Assembly (NCBI GenBank): GCA_963668175.1 | Contig: OY764159.1 | Location: 1,676,077-1,740,076, forward strand | DNA from: Syntrophales bacterium | GTDB taxonomy: Bacteria > Desulfobacterota > Syntrophia > Syntrophales > PHBD01 | Length of the DNA stretch: 64,000 nt | Reading direction: 5' to 3' | Shown here: positions 37,419-47,617 of the stretch, one piece after another | Layout of the letters: each line of letters starts with the position of its first letter | How positions within the stretch are numbered: position 1 is the stretch's first letter | Translations under genes and position numbers: made by a program | Notes under the pieces: generated by a model | The model's database searches: none | What the model saw: only the letters and a program-made list of their open reading frames with translations | Told to the model about the DNA's origin: nothing

Positions 37419-38995
37419 GATTTCCCTCCTTTCCCTGCCTCCCTGCCCGTCTCGGCGCCTTCGGCCTTCCGGGTATTGCTCTTCAGCCATTCCAGCCTGT
37501 TCAGGGCGTTCACGTAGGCGTTGGCCGAGGCGACGATGATGTCGGGATGGGCCCCGCGCCCCACGACGCTCCGGCCGTTGTACTGGAGGCGGACAGTCAC
37601 CTCTCCCAGGGCGTCGGTCCCGCCGGTGATGGCTTTGACGTTGTACTCCAGCAGGCGGTAGTCCGTACCCGTGATCTTGCGGATGGCCGCGACGGTGGCG
37701 TCGAGGGGCCCGACCCCGAAGCCGGCGTCCTGGACGGTCTTATCGTCCACCCGCATCTTCAGGGTGGCCGTCGGGATGGCGACGTTGCCGCTAATGACGC
37801 TCATGTAGATGATGTCGTATTTGTCCCGGCCGCGGAAGACTTCTTCGTAATAGATCGCTTCCAGGTCCTCGTCGAAGATTTCCTTCTTGATGTCCGCCAG
37901 TTGCTTGAAATGGGCGAAGACCCGCGTCATCTCTTCGCGGGTGAGCTTGTAGCCCATCTTCTCGAAATGCGCCTGGATGGCATGGCGGCCCGAGTGCTTG
38001 CCGAGGACGATATGGGTCTCCGGTACGCCCACGGAATGGGGCGTCATGATTTCGTAGGTGAGCTTGTTCTTGATGAGGCCGTCCTGGTGGATGCCCGATT
38101 CGTGGGCAAAGGCGTTCGTGCCGACGATGGCCTTGTTCGGCGGGACGGCGATGCCCGTGATCTGGGTCAGGAGGCGCGACACCTGGTAGATGCGTTCGCT
38201 TACGATTCCCGTCTCGTAGCCGTAGAAATCCCTGCGGGTGGCGAGGGCCATGGCGATCTCCTCCAGGGCGGCGTTGCCGGCCCGTTCGCCGATGCCGTTT
38301 ATCACGCATTCCACCTGTCTCGCTCCGTTCTGGATCGCCGCCAGCGAATTGGCGACGGCCAGGCCCAGGTCGTCGTGGCAGTGGACCGAAACGACGGCCT
38401 GCGAGATGTTCTTGACCTTCTTGAAGAGGAAGGCGATCAGGGCGCCGAACTCGCCCGGGACGGCGTAGCCGACCGTATCGGGGATATTGACGGTCTTCGC
38501 CCCGCAGGCGATGACGGTCTCGATGATCTCGGCGAGGTAGTCCCTGTCCGTTCGCGTCGCATCCATGGGCGAGAATTCCACGTTGTCGGTGTAGCGGCGG
38601 GCATGGGTGACGGCCCGGCGTGCGTCCTCCAGGACCTGCTGACGCGATTTGTTCAACTGGTGCTGCAGGTGGATGTCCGACGTGGAGATGAAGGTGTGGA
38701 TGCGCGGATTTGCCGCCCCTTCGATCGCCTGCCAGGCCCGGTCGATATCCGCGATATCCGCCCTGGCCAGGGCCGCGACCTGCGAGCCGCGGATCTCGCG
38801 GGCGATCTGCCGGACCGAATCGAAATCCCCCTCGGAGGCGATGGGGAATCCGGCCTCGATGATATCGACACCGAGTCTCTCGAGCTGGCGGGCGAAGCGC
38901 AACTTTTCGTTCGGGTTCATGCTGGCCCCCGGCGATTGCTCCCCGTCCCTGAGCGTCGTATCAAAGATCAGTATCCTCTCCTTTTTCCGTTCCAT
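37415..38995 (-). CDS. leuA: 2-isopropylmalate synthase (LeuA/CimA family, long form with regulatory domain)
   Basis: LIFDTTLRDGEQSPG N-terminus, HxH metal site region, about 525 aa. Confidence 0.85.
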   Translation of the reverse strand: MERKKERILIFDTTLRDGEQSPGASMNPNEKLRFARQLERLGVDIIEAGFPIASEGDFDSVRQIAREIRGSQVAALARADIADIDRAWQAIEGAANPRIHTFISTSDIHLQHQLNKSRQQVLEDARRAVTHARRYTDNVEFSPMDATRTDRDYLAEIIETVIACGAKTVNIPDTVGYAVPGEFGALIAFLFKKVKNISQAVVSVHCHDDLGLAVANSLAAIQNGARQVECVINGIGERAGNAALEEIAMALATRRDFYGYETGIVSERIYQVSRLLTQITGIAVPPNKAIVGTNAFAHESGIHQDGLIKNKLTYEIMTPHSVGVPETHIVLGKHSGRHAIQAHFEKMGYKLTREEMTRVFAHFKQLADIKKEIFDEDLEAIYYEEVFRGRDKYDIIYMSVISGNVAIPTATLKMRVDDKTVQDAGFGVGPLDATVAAIRKITGTDYRLLEYNVKAITGGTDALGEVTVRLQYNGRSVVGRGAHPDIIVASANAYVNALNRLEWLKSNTRKAEGAETGREAGKGGKS

Positions 38996-39020
38996 CGTCC
39001 TCTCCTTTCGGCTTCGATCG

Positions 39021-39065
39021 CTAAAAATAAAAAAAGCCATGGGCTTTTCAACCCATGGCTTTTAA
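39021..39065 (-). terminator. attenuator-type intrinsic terminator immediately upstream of leuA
   Basis: minus strand GCCATGGG-TTGAAAA-GCCCATGGC hairpin followed by TTTTTTTATTTTT, 25 nt before the leuA start. Confidence 0.5.
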
Positions 39066-39087
39066 GTGCGTTCTTTTCAGTAAATCT

Positions 39088-39216
39088 TTAAGGTTCGACT
39101 AAAAACGACGGGTCGTATGTCGGCGTATGAAGCAAAAGGCACAAAAGTCCGCCCGCCAGGGAGAGGTCTTCCCGGATGCCGATGCGGATCGCGATGTCGT
39201 TGATGCCTGTTGCCAT
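39088..39216 (-). CDS. candidate leu leader peptide (42 aa, contains LLCLLL)
   Basis: ORF MATGINDIAIRIGIREDLSLAGGLLCLLLHTPTYDPSFLVEP ending 23 nt before the terminator hairpin; weak RBS. Confidence 0.35.
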   Translation of the reverse strand: MATGINDIAIRIGIREDLSLAGGLLCLLLHTPTYDPSFLVEP

Positions 39217-39455
39217 ATCCGTTTTCTGTAACCCTCGTTTTGCAGTTCCGTTTCCGTAACTTTCTGTAACAGTTACGGCAAATGAAAAGGAATGTCAACG
39301 AAAATTTTCATATCCGTGATCCGGATTCGATGAAGCGACGTCGATTCCAGATGAAAAATCAATACCTTCCGGATTTCGTTTCCGAGTTAAAGTTCTCCAC
39401 TTGTGAAGTCTGCGCCGTCAGCCCCGGTATTCCTGCCTGCCGGCCTGTAAACCGC

Positions 39456-40100
39456 CTAGTTGTTTATATCCCGGCGGTAGGCGACAATGTCCTCGACCGC
39501 CACGACAGGGAAGCCGTGTTTGCGGGCAAAGGCCGCGATTCCCGGCAGGCGCGCCATGGTGCCGTCGGGATTGGTCAGTTCGCAGAGAACGCCGTAGGGC
39601 CGCAATCCGGCCAGGCGGTTCAGGTCCACCGTCGCTTCCGTGTGGCCCGGCCGTACGAGAACCCCTCCCGGCCGCGATCTCAGGGGAAAGACGTGTCCCG
39701 GCCGCCGCAGGTCCTCCGGCCGGGCGCCGTCGGCCACGGCCGCCCTGACGGTGGCCACGCGGTCGGCGGCGGAAACGCCGGTGGTGACGCCCTCCGCAGC
39801 CTCGATGGAGACGGTGAAGGCCGTCTGGAAGCGGCTGGAATTTTCCGCCACCATCATCGGTAGGCACAGGCCGTCCACCTTCTCCGCCGTCAGGCACAGG
39901 CAGACGATGCCGCTGCATTCCCGGATGAGGAGCGCCATCTGAGGCGCGTCGAGAAAGTCCGTGGAGAAGATGAGATCGCCCTCGTTCTCCCGGTTTTCAT
40001 CGTCCGTAACGAGGACGCCGCTGCCGCAGCGAAGCGACTGAAGGGCCTTTTCCACCCGTTCAAACGGTTTGCCGAATGAGGAAAGAATGTTCTGATCCAT
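39456..40100 (-). CDS. ribB: 3,4-dihydroxy-2-butanone 4-phosphate synthase
   Basis: 214 aa; [17 protein letters not shown] motifs; RBS AAAGGAG. Confidence 0.9.
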   Translation of the reverse strand: MDQNILSSFGKPFERVEKALQSLRCGSGVLVTDDENRENEGDLIFSTDFLDAPQMALLIRECSGIVCLCLTAEKVDGLCLPMMVAENSSRFQTAFTVSIEAAEGVTTGVSAADRVATVRAAVADGARPEDLRRPGHVFPLRSRPGGVLVRPGHTEATVDLNRLAGLRPYGVLCELTNPDGTMARLPGIAAFARKHGFPVVAVEDIVAYRRDINN

Positions 40101-40239
40101 GATAATACTCCTTTGAAAGAGGGATTACCCGAATCAGGGCTGAAGAAGAGAAAATGAAACGCGGCGGCGGAAAGTCCGCAGGGGCTTGTCGCCCGTCTGT
40201 CGGCGCTTATGTCTTGCCGTTTTTCCGGCGCCGGTCGCG

Positions 40240-40420
40240 ATACCTTATCCTCTTCCATCCGGACTGTAACCGTCGGCCCTGGCTTCGCACCAGGTCTGCT
40301 GTCCCCCTGCCGGAAGCAGGGGCGCTCGCGGGCTCCCCGGAATAGTCCGGGATACCGCCGGTGGGGAATTCCACCCCGCCCTGAGAATAGGCTGCTGTCC
40401 GGATATAGGAAGAGGAGGCC
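40240..40420 (-). ncRNA. FMN riboswitch (RFN element) in ribB leader
   Basis: minus-strand sequence CAGGGCGGGGTGGAATTCCCCACCGGCGGTA...AGCCCGCGAGCGCC...GACAGCAGA...GAAGCCAGGGCCGACGGT..AGTCCGGATGGAAGAGGATAAGG matches conserved RFN blocks. Confidence 0.8.
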
Positions 40421-40627
40421 GTTGTCAACCGAATTATGCCGTCCCGGGAAAAACGAAGGCAGGACGGCCTGTTGTGAGGTCGGCCTGCCTTTAAGCGAAT
40501 GCACTTTGCCGCGCCTGCATGAAGCGCGAAAACAGGAAACCGACGTCATCGCGCCTGCTGAAGCGTCCGGACGGCGGGGCATGCCGGAACGGTGCCCGGC
40601 GCATATCGGATCACTTGCGGCGTCCGG

Positions 40628-42169
40628 TTAAAACTCCTCAGGTCCCGTCCCTTTGCGCTTCACCCGGGACAGGACGTTTTGGACCAGACGCCCCGCCGGC
40701 CTTTCATCGTGGTCTTCGGCCCGACCCATTCGGGCGCCCGCCCCGCCCACGACCTCCATGAGTTCGACCACATACCCCTTCATCTGTTCGGCCTGGGCGT
40801 TCATTTCCTCCGAGGCGCTGGCCGATTCCTCCGCATTGGCGGCGGCGCCCTGGACGACCTTGTCCATCTCCGAGACCGCCGAACTCACCTGGGAGACACC
40901 CTTGGACTGCTCCTTGGAGGCCGCTTCCACTTCGTCGATGAGCCCACCGATCTTGGCCGATATGGCGACGTTCTCCTTGAATGCATCCCGGGTTTGGAGC
41001 GTCAGTTCGCTGCTCTTCCGCACGGTCGCAAGGGTGTTTTCGATGAGGTCCGACGTGTTCTTCGCGGCTTCCGCGGCCCTCATGGCGAGATTGCGCACTT
41101 CGTCGGCGACGACGGCGAATCCCGCGCCGGCCTCGCCCGCCCGCGCCGCCTCGACCGCGGCGTTCAGGGCCAGGAGGTTGGTCTGGAAGGCGATCTCGTC
41201 GATGGTCTTGATGATCTTGCCCGTCTCCTCGCTGGTCTTCGATACGTCGGCGATGGCCGTCGCCATTTCGCCCATCTGGACATCGACCTTCCCGACGATC
41301 TTCTTCGCTTCGTCCATCAGGTTCTTGGCCTGCGACGTATTCTCGGCATTCTGCTTCGTCATGGACGAGATCTCCTCCATGGACGACGACGTCTCCTGCA
41401 GGGCCGCGGCCTGTTCGGATGTGCCCTGGGCCAGGCTCTGGCTTGCCGAGGCGACCTCGGAGGATGCCGCCGAGACCTGTCCGGCCGCTTCGGAAAGGCC
41501 CGTGATAACCCGGTTCAGCGGGCCCGTGATGCTCCGGGTGAGGAAAAAGGCCATAAGCGTACCCAGGACCAGGGCGGCGATGCCGAGGAACAACATGACC
41601 GTCCGCGCCACCGTGGCAATCGCTTTCGTTTGCTCCCCGTCATTACGGACCGTTTGCTGGACAAACGCCACGAAAGCCCCCACCGCACCCATGAATTTCT
41701 CCTGGACGGGCAGAAGCTGAACCATGATGACTTCAGCCGCCTCGGCGTTCTTGTTCTGCTTGCCCAAATCCATCGCCTTGTCCGACAGGGCGAGGACGGT
41801 CGGCAACTGGTCCGCAATCTGCTTGAAGAGTTCCTTTCCCTTCTCCGTAACGAGGCTCTTTTCCATCTTTCCCAGGACGGCGGTCAACGCCTCCTTGTTC
41901 TTTTTATACTGATCTTCCATCTTCCGGTTCGTCGCCTCGTCGGAGGTCAGGGAGACGTCCCGTATGGCCCGCGACAGCCCGGCGTACTGCTCCGTTATCT
42001 CGCCCAGGAAGCCCAACTGGGCCACCCTGACTTCGGCAAGCAGGCCGATCTTTTCGTTCATGACACCGATCCTGTTTACTGAGATAGCCACAACAACGGC
42101 CATGAGGACCAGCACCAGAGCGAATCCGCCGCCCAGCTTGGTTCCGAGCTTCATCTTTGCTATACTCAT
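40628..42169 (-). CDS. methyl-accepting chemotaxis protein (4HB_MCP sensor, HAMP, MCP signalling domain)
   Basis: two TM segments flanking a periplasmic domain, HAMP, highly conserved signalling hairpin and methylation heptads. Confidence 0.9.
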   Translation of the reverse strand: MSIAKMKLGTKLGGGFALVLVLMAVVVAISVNRIGVMNEKIGLLAEVRVAQLGFLGEITEQYAGLSRAIRDVSLTSDEATNRKMEDQYKKNKEALTAVLGKMEKSLVTEKGKELFKQIADQLPTVLALSDKAMDLGKQNKNAEAAEVIMVQLLPVQEKFMGAVGAFVAFVQQTVRNDGEQTKAIATVARTVMLFLGIAALVLGTLMAFFLTRSITGPLNRVITGLSEAAGQVSAASSEVASASQSLAQGTSEQAAALQETSSSMEEISSMTKQNAENTSQAKNLMDEAKKIVGKVDVQMGEMATAIADVSKTSEETGKIIKTIDEIAFQTNLLALNAAVEAARAGEAGAGFAVVADEVRNLAMRAAEAAKNTSDLIENTLATVRKSSELTLQTRDAFKENVAISAKIGGLIDEVEAASKEQSKGVSQVSSAVSEMDKVVQGAAANAEESASASEEMNAQAEQMKGYVVELMEVVGGAGARMGRAEDHDERPAGRLVQNVLSRVKRKGTGPEEF

Positions 42170-42637
42170 AGAAACCTCTCATGAATCGTGTATTTGCTGA
42201 AGAAAAACTATTCAATTTCCATGCCATCGGGGGTTCCGTTAAGATTACGAATAATGTGAGCATGTTGCGAATATTCACGGTGGGAGCGGTTGCCGGGCAG
42301 GTGTTCGTTGTCCGGTTTTTCCGGATGGATCGAGCGCGTGCCCCGTATAGGAAAAAACGGATCTTTGTCCTTTTGAAAAGGGCCGTGATCATGGTATGAA
42401 AGGCATCGCCCAGCCCGCCGGAGCCGGACAGGCCGCCATTATCGGGCAGATGACGACAGGCTTTCCCTTCAGCCCCTTGACGCCGGCGACCTTTCTGCTC
42501 ATCGGCACGACAAACGTCGATCTGGCCGACCACCGGAAGTTCACTTTTATTTACGCTTTTTTCGACCGCCATCGTCATGGCGGTCGTATCGATCATCATC
42601 GGGTTGTACCCGATCCAAGGACTGGAGGAACTGCCGC

Positions 42638-43978
42638 ATGAACAAGATCAGGATCGGCTCGGGGGCGGGGTACGCGGGCGACCGCATCGAACCGGCCGTC
42701 GAACTGGCGGAGAAGGGGGCCATCAGGTATCTCGTTTTCGAATGCCTGGCGGAAAGAACGATCGCCATTGCGCAGCAGGCCAGGATGAAGGACCCCGGGG
42801 CGGGTTACGACGCGCTCCTGGAAACGCGGATGGAGGCCTGTCTGCCCGTGTGCCGGAAGAACGGCGTGACGATCGTTACGAACATGGGGGCGGCCAATCC
42901 CCTGGCGGGGGCGGCCAAGATCAAGGAAGTTGCGGGCAGGCTGGGCATCCGGGGCCTCAAGATCGCCGCCGTGACGGGCGACGACATTACCGACATCATC
43001 AGGAAGGGCGACTACATCATCGAAGAGACCGGGGAGAAATCCTCGGCGCTTGCCGACCGGATCGTTTCCGCCAATGCGTATCTCGGCGCCGAATGCGTGG
43101 TGGAGGCCCTGCGGAACGGCGCCGACGTGGTCATCACGGGCCGGGTGGCGGACCCGGCGATCTTCATCGCCCCGGCCATCTATGAGTTCGGCTGGGATAT
43201 GGAGAACTGGAACATCCTCGGGCAGGCCATTGTCATGGGCCATCTGCTCGAATGCGCCGGCCAGGTCACCGGGGGCTACTTCGCCGACCCGGGATACAAG
43301 GATGTGCCGGGCATCGGCCGCCTCGGGTTTCCCATCGCCGAAGTAGCGGAAGACGGCACCTTTGTCGTCACGAAGGTCGAAGGGTCGGGCGGGATGGTGA
43401 CGCTCGCCACCTGCAAGGAGCAGCTTCTCTACGAGATCCACGATCCGTCGTCCTATATCACGCCGGACGTCGTGGCGGACTATACGGATGTCCGGATGGT
43501 CCAGGCCGGCAGGGACCGGGTACAGGTCACGGGCGGGAAGGGGAGGCGCAAGACCGATACCCTCAAGGTCTCGATAGGCTACGTGGACAGTTTCATCGGC
43601 GAGGGGCAGATCAGTTACGGCGGCCCCGGGGCCGTCGAGCGCGGCAGGCTGGCCCTCCGGATCGTCGAGGAGAGGCTGAAGGACACCGGCGTGGCCGTGG
43701 ACGATATCCGCTGCGACCTTATCGGCCTCAATTCGCTCCATAAGGACAAGCTGTCGGCCGGGCACGACCCCTACGAGGTCCGCGTGAGGGTCGCCGGGCG
43801 GACGAAAAGCATGAAAGAGGCCGTCCGCATCGGCAACGAAGTCGAGACGCTTTACACCAACGGCCCGGCCGGGGGCGCGGGAGCCTGGAAGGGTGCCCGG
43901 GAGGTCGTCGCCATGGTGTCGACACTCGTTCCCCGGAACCTTGTCCATCACGCGATCCAATACGAGGTGGTATCATGA
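42638..43978 (+). CDS. AtuA-family protein (DUF1446, acyclic terpene utilisation)
   Basis: MNKIRIGSGAGYAGDRIEPAVEL N-terminus and length 446 aa typical of AtuA. Confidence 0.8.
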   Translation: MNKIRIGSGAGYAGDRIEPAVELAEKGAIRYLVFECLAERTIAIAQQARMKDPGAGYDALLETRMEACLPVCRKNGVTIVTNMGAANPLAGAAKIKEVAGRLGIRGLKIAAVTGDDITDIIRKGDYIIEETGEKSSALADRIVSANAYLGAECVVEALRNGADVVITGRVADPAIFIAPAIYEFGWDMENWNILGQAIVMGHLLECAGQVTGGYFADPGYKDVPGIGRLGFPIAEVAEDGTFVVTKVEGSGGMVTLATCKEQLLYEIHDPSSYITPDVVADYTDVRMVQAGRDRVQVTGGKGRRKTDTLKVSIGYVDSFIGEGQISYGGPGAVERGRLALRIVEERLKDTGVAVDDIRCDLIGLNSLHKDKLSAGHDPYEVRVRVAGRTKSMKEAVRIGNEVETLYTNGPAGGAGAWKGAREVVAMVSTLVPRNLVHHAIQYEVVS

Positions 43979-44280
43979 AGCTGCGCGAACTGGCCCATTC
44001 CCGGACGGGGGACAAGGGCAACACGTCGAATATCTCGGTCATCGCCTACGACCCGGACAATTACCCGCTTCTTTCGAAACACGTCACGGCCGAGCGCGTG
44101 AAGGCGTTCTTCTCCGAAATCGTCGAAGGGGACGTCGTCCGGTACACGCTGCCCAATATCGGGGCGCTCAATTTCGTCATGACCAGGGCTCTCGGCGGCG
44201 GCGTAACGCGCACCCTGGCAGTCGACCTCCACGGGAAATCCCTGAGTTCGGCCATCCTCGACATGGATATCCCGGCATAG
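43975..44280 (+). CDS. DUF4387 protein (AtuA-associated)
   Basis: 101 aa, HSRTGDKGN motif; 4-bp overlap with AtuA. Confidence 0.7.
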   Translation: MKLRELAHSRTGDKGNTSNISVIAYDPDNYPLLSKHVTAERVKAFFSEIVEGDVVRYTLPNIGALNFVMTRALGGGVTRTLAVDLHGKSLSSAILDMDIPA

Positions 44281-44401
44281 CGCGCCGTGGAGGCGTCCCC
44301 CCCACCGGTGTCTGCCTCCTTTGCGCCTTGAAAAAGTGGGAACGATCGGCTAGTTTAGAGACGGATCGATCCCTTCAAAAAAGTGCAAGGAGGCCATCGC
44401 C

Positions 44402-45052
44402 ATGCAGGTCATCGCCGTCAACGGCAGTCCGCGGAAGAAGTGGAACACGGCGACGCTTCTTCGGAAAGCGCTGGACGGCGCCGCGTCCCGGGGTGCGGCC
44501 CCGGAGCTGGTCCATCTCTACGATATCGACTTCAAGGGCTGCATAAGCTGCTTCGCCTGCAAGACGAAGGACGGCAAAAACTACGGCCGGTGCGCCGTGA
44601 AGGACGGCCTGACACCCCTCCTTTCCCGCATCGCCGCCGCCGACGTCCTCATCCTGGGGTCGCCGATCTATTTCGGGACCGTGACGGGGGAGATGAGGTC
44701 CTTCCTGGAACGGCTCCTGTTTCCGTATCTCACATACACCGATCCTCCGGGGTCCATCTTTCCCGGGAAACTGCGGACCGCCTTCATCTACACCCTGGGA
44801 GCCGACGAAGCAATGGCGGAGGCCCGGGGCTTCGGCAACCATTTCGCCCTGAATGAAATCTTTCTCCAGATCGTCTTCGGGAATACGGAGACGCTCTGCA
44901 GCTACGACACATACCAGTTCGACGACTACGCCAGGTACGCAGCACCCCGGTGGAACCCGGAGGCGAAGGCGAAACGGCGGGCTCAAGTCTTCCCGGAGGA
45001 TTGCGCAAAGGCCTATGCGCTGGGGGAAAGGCTTGCAGGAGGGCAGGGCTGA
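44402..45052 (+). CDS. flavodoxin-like NAD(P)H-dependent FMN reductase / iron-sulfur flavoprotein family
   Basis: VNGSPRKKWNT flavodoxin-like motif, CISCFAC cysteine cluster. Confidence 0.75.
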   Translation: MQVIAVNGSPRKKWNTATLLRKALDGAASRGAAPELVHLYDIDFKGCISCFACKTKDGKNYGRCAVKDGLTPLLSRIAAADVLILGSPIYFGTVTGEMRSFLERLLFPYLTYTDPPGSIFPGKLRTAFIYTLGADEAMAEARGFGNHFALNEIFLQIVFGNTETLCSYDTYQFDDYARYAAPRWNPEAKAKRRAQVFPEDCAKAYALGERLAGGQG

Positions 45053-45091
45053 GCCGGGAGCGGATGTCTTAAACATAAACCGGGATGCGCG

Positions 45092-45454
45092 ATGAAGCGG
45101 AACTGGGACACGATCAGGGAAATTCTCCTGCGGCTCGAAGAGGCCGTGCCGGGGGAACCGCCGTTCCCCGGGGAGCGGGCGGAGGAAGCGGACTATCACC
45201 TGGACCTTTTGCTCGAAGCGGGCCTCGTGACGGGACCTGCGGCGAAAGCTTCCGGGCCGGGATCGCCCCCGTTCGCCGCCATGCGTCTCACCTGGCAGGG
45301 GCACGAATTTCTCGACATGATCCGCAGCGACATGGTCTGGCAGCGGACCAAGAGGTCCTTCGCCGCAAGCGGCCTCGCCATGACCCTGGACCTGGTCCGG
45401 GCCGTCGCGGCGAATATCGCCGCCTCGATGCTCAAGTCGCCCATGAGCGGCTGA
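45092..45454 (+). CDS. hypothetical protein (DUF2513-like)
   Basis: 120 aa ORF; weak RBS. Confidence 0.45.
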   Translation: MKRNWDTIREILLRLEEAVPGEPPFPGERAEEADYHLDLLLEAGLVTGPAAKASGPGSPPFAAMRLTWQGHEFLDMIRSDMVWQRTKRSFAASGLAMTLDLVRAVAANIAASMLKSPMSG

Positions 45455-45578
45455 ACGGGAGCGTGAGCGGCCGAACAATCCCGCCCTTTTTTATCTTTAT
45501 GCAGCAGTCCTGCTTCGGTTATCATGAAGGCGTCAGGACATTCCACGGGATAGATTTCTCAAGTATTGAGGAGCATTT

Positions 45579-46061
45579 GTGAGCGTTCACAGCGGCGGCA
45601 TTCTCTTGTACCGGTACCGGGAGGGGCGCCTTCAGGTCATGCTCGTCCATCCCGGCGGACCTTTGTGGGCGAGGAAGGACGAGGGCGCCTGGTCCGTGCC
45701 CAAAGGGTTGTTCGATGCTCATGAAAGCGCCCTGGATGCCGCCCGGAGGGAGTTTGAAGAGGAGACGGGCTTCGCCGTGGACGGGGAGTTTGTCGCGCTG
45801 GGCGAACTGAAGCAGGCGAGCGGAAAGATCGTCCACGCCTGGGCCGTGGAAGGAGACTTGGATACGGCGAAGATCAAAAGCAACACGTTCACCCTGGAGT
45901 GGCCGAAGCACTCCGGCATTCTTCGGGAATATCCCGAAATCGACCGGGGCGGCTGGTTCCATGTCGACGCCGCCCGGCAGAAGATCGTGAAAGGCCAGGC
46001 CGCGTTCCTCGACCGCCTGCTCGTGCGTTTGGGGTACGTCCCGCCTCCCGGAAACGGGTAG
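45579..46061 (+). CDS. NUDIX hydrolase
   Basis: Nudix box GLFDAHESALDAARREFEEETGF; GTG start with GAGGAG RBS. Confidence 0.8.
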   Translation: MSVHSGGILLYRYREGRLQVMLVHPGGPLWARKDEGAWSVPKGLFDAHESALDAARREFEEETGFAVDGEFVALGELKQASGKIVHAWAVEGDLDTAKIKSNTFTLEWPKHSGILREYPEIDRGGWFHVDAARQKIVKGQAAFLDRLLVRLGYVPPPGNG

Positions 46062-46211
46062 AATCTCTCCGTTCCCCGACACGCAATGATGCCTGCCTCC
46101 CCCCGACGAGACCTCAAAAAAGCTTGCAATGCCTTCCGAAGCCTGATAATTGACACAATATAGATGAAATTCTATGTGAATAATAGCTATTCTATACTTT
46201 GAGAAGGTATT

Positions 46212-46295
46212 ATGATCCTTTGCCTTGCAACCCCGTCGCGTGAAAGTGGACGGGGTTTTATTTTTGAGCGGTTTTGGGGTGGAACACCGGGATAA
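46212..46295 (+). other. 27-codon leader ORF overlapping a terminator hairpin upstream of the tandem lipoprotein genes
   Basis: promoter-like TTGACA-17-TATGTG at 46150-46178, RBS GAGAAGG, ORF MILCLATPSRESGRGFIFERFWGGTPG, hairpin CCCCGTC..GACGGGG plus TTTTATTTTT at 46231-46266. Confidence 0.3.
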
Positions 46296-46338
46296 GCGGT
46301 GGAGTCGGCGAGAATTCATTTGGGAAAGGGAGGTCTGC

Positions 46339-46944
46339 ATGAACGGAAAGCGCGTTTTCGTTATGACATTGCTGGTTCTTGCCGTATTCGCCTGCGGTCC
46401 GATGAACTCGGCCATCAGCGTACGGCTCAGCCTGGACACCTATCAGCCGCTCATCGATCCTGCGAAGTACGCCGATTACAAAGGGCAGACGGTCGTCTTC
46501 CAGTCGATCGACATCCTGGCGGACGACATCGCGAACCTCTATTTTACAAGCGGCGACGGCGAGGTCGGCTATCTGCTCTTCCATGCGCCCGACAAAATGC
46601 AGACGCCTGTGGCGTCCTTCTTCTGGTACGCCCTGGACAAGACTTTCAAGCACGCCGGGCTTGACGTCAAGGAGGTGGTGCCGGTCACGAACGCCCCGGA
46701 CCTGCTGATCGGAATCAGGTCGCTCACCGACCAGAATATCAGGTTCCGGGTCAGCCTTTCCCGGAACGGCAATCTGCTTCTGCAGAAAGAAATGATCTGC
46801 ACGAAGGTCCTGCCGCCGACGAAGACGGATGTGCCGGAGCTGCGAAGGAGGATGTTCGCCATGATTGACCTCATGGCCGAGACGATCCTGTCCGATCCCG
46901 ATTTCAAGCGGGAATTCTTCTCCGATAAATACAGAATCAATTGA
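46339..46944 (+). CDS. lipoprotein, paralog 1
   Basis: lipobox LAVFAC; 201 aa; about 45% identical to the next gene. Confidence 0.65.
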   Translation: MNGKRVFVMTLLVLAVFACGPMNSAISVRLSLDTYQPLIDPAKYADYKGQTVVFQSIDILADDIANLYFTSGDGEVGYLLFHAPDKMQTPVASFFWYALDKTFKHAGLDVKEVVPVTNAPDLLIGIRSLTDQNIRFRVSLSRNGNLLLQKEMICTKVLPPTKTDVPELRRRMFAMIDLMAETILSDPDFKREFFSDKYRIN

Positions 46945-47014
46945 GCCCGAGGATTGCCTGCCTGCGGTAAGCCGGGAACACTCGAATACACATTTCTCAA
47001 GAGGAGGGGATATC

Positions 47015-47617
47015 ATGAGAAGAAAACTGGATATTGTCTGCCTGTTGGCGCTGGTCATGTTTGTATTTTCTTGCGAGGGAACGATGAGCACGCCCATCAA
47101 GGTGAGTAGGCATGCCTATACGCCTCGTCTCGATCAGGCGAAATTCGCCGAATACCGGGGACAGACGATTATCTTCGACTCGATCGACTCGCAAGCGACG
47201 AACGTGACCAACTTCTACTACTTCAGCCCCGACCGGGAATACGCCTATCACCTGTTTTACAGTCCTTCGCACATGCAGCAGCCTCTCGCCTCTTTCTTCT
47301 GGTACGCGCTGGAGAAGACCTTTACGTCCGTCGGCCTGGTCGTCAAGGATATCGGTCCCGTGAATAACGCCCCCCAGATCCATGTGAAGATCGTGTCTCT
47401 CTCGGACCAGGAAGGGAATTTCGTCGTGAGCATTTCGAGAAACGGGTATCTCATCCTGCAGAAGCCGATCGTCTTTACAAAGAAGCTGCCGCCCACGAAG
47501 GACGTGGCCGAACTCGAGAGGCGCCAGTACGACTTCCTCGATCTGATGGGGGAGACGATCCTGTCCGATCCCGACTTCAAACGGGAATTCTTCTCCGAGA
47601 AGGGCAAAGTCAATTGA
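47015..47617 (+). CDS. lipoprotein, paralog 2
   Basis: lipobox FVFSC; shared blocks ASFFWYAL.KTF, ETILSDPDFKREFFS with paralog 1. Confidence 0.65.
   Translation: MRRKLDIVCLLALVMFVFSCEGTMSTPIKVSRHAYTPRLDQAKFAEYRGQTIIFDSIDSQATNVTNFYYFSPDREYAYHLFYSPSHMQQPLASFFWYALEKTFTSVGLVVKDIGPVNNAPQIHVKIVSLSDQEGNFVVSISRNGYLILQKPIVFTKKLPPTKDVAELERRQYDFLDLMGETILSDPDFKREFFSEKGKVN

Noticed and set aside
42181-42641. Small ORFs (72 and 81 aa) in the divergent region between the MCP and AtuA genes
   Set aside because: No RBS or family support; the region more likely holds divergent promoters. A CGACCGCCAT-CGTC-ATGGCGGTCG palindrome at about 42560-42583 was noted as a possible operator, but there is too little evidence to call a feature.
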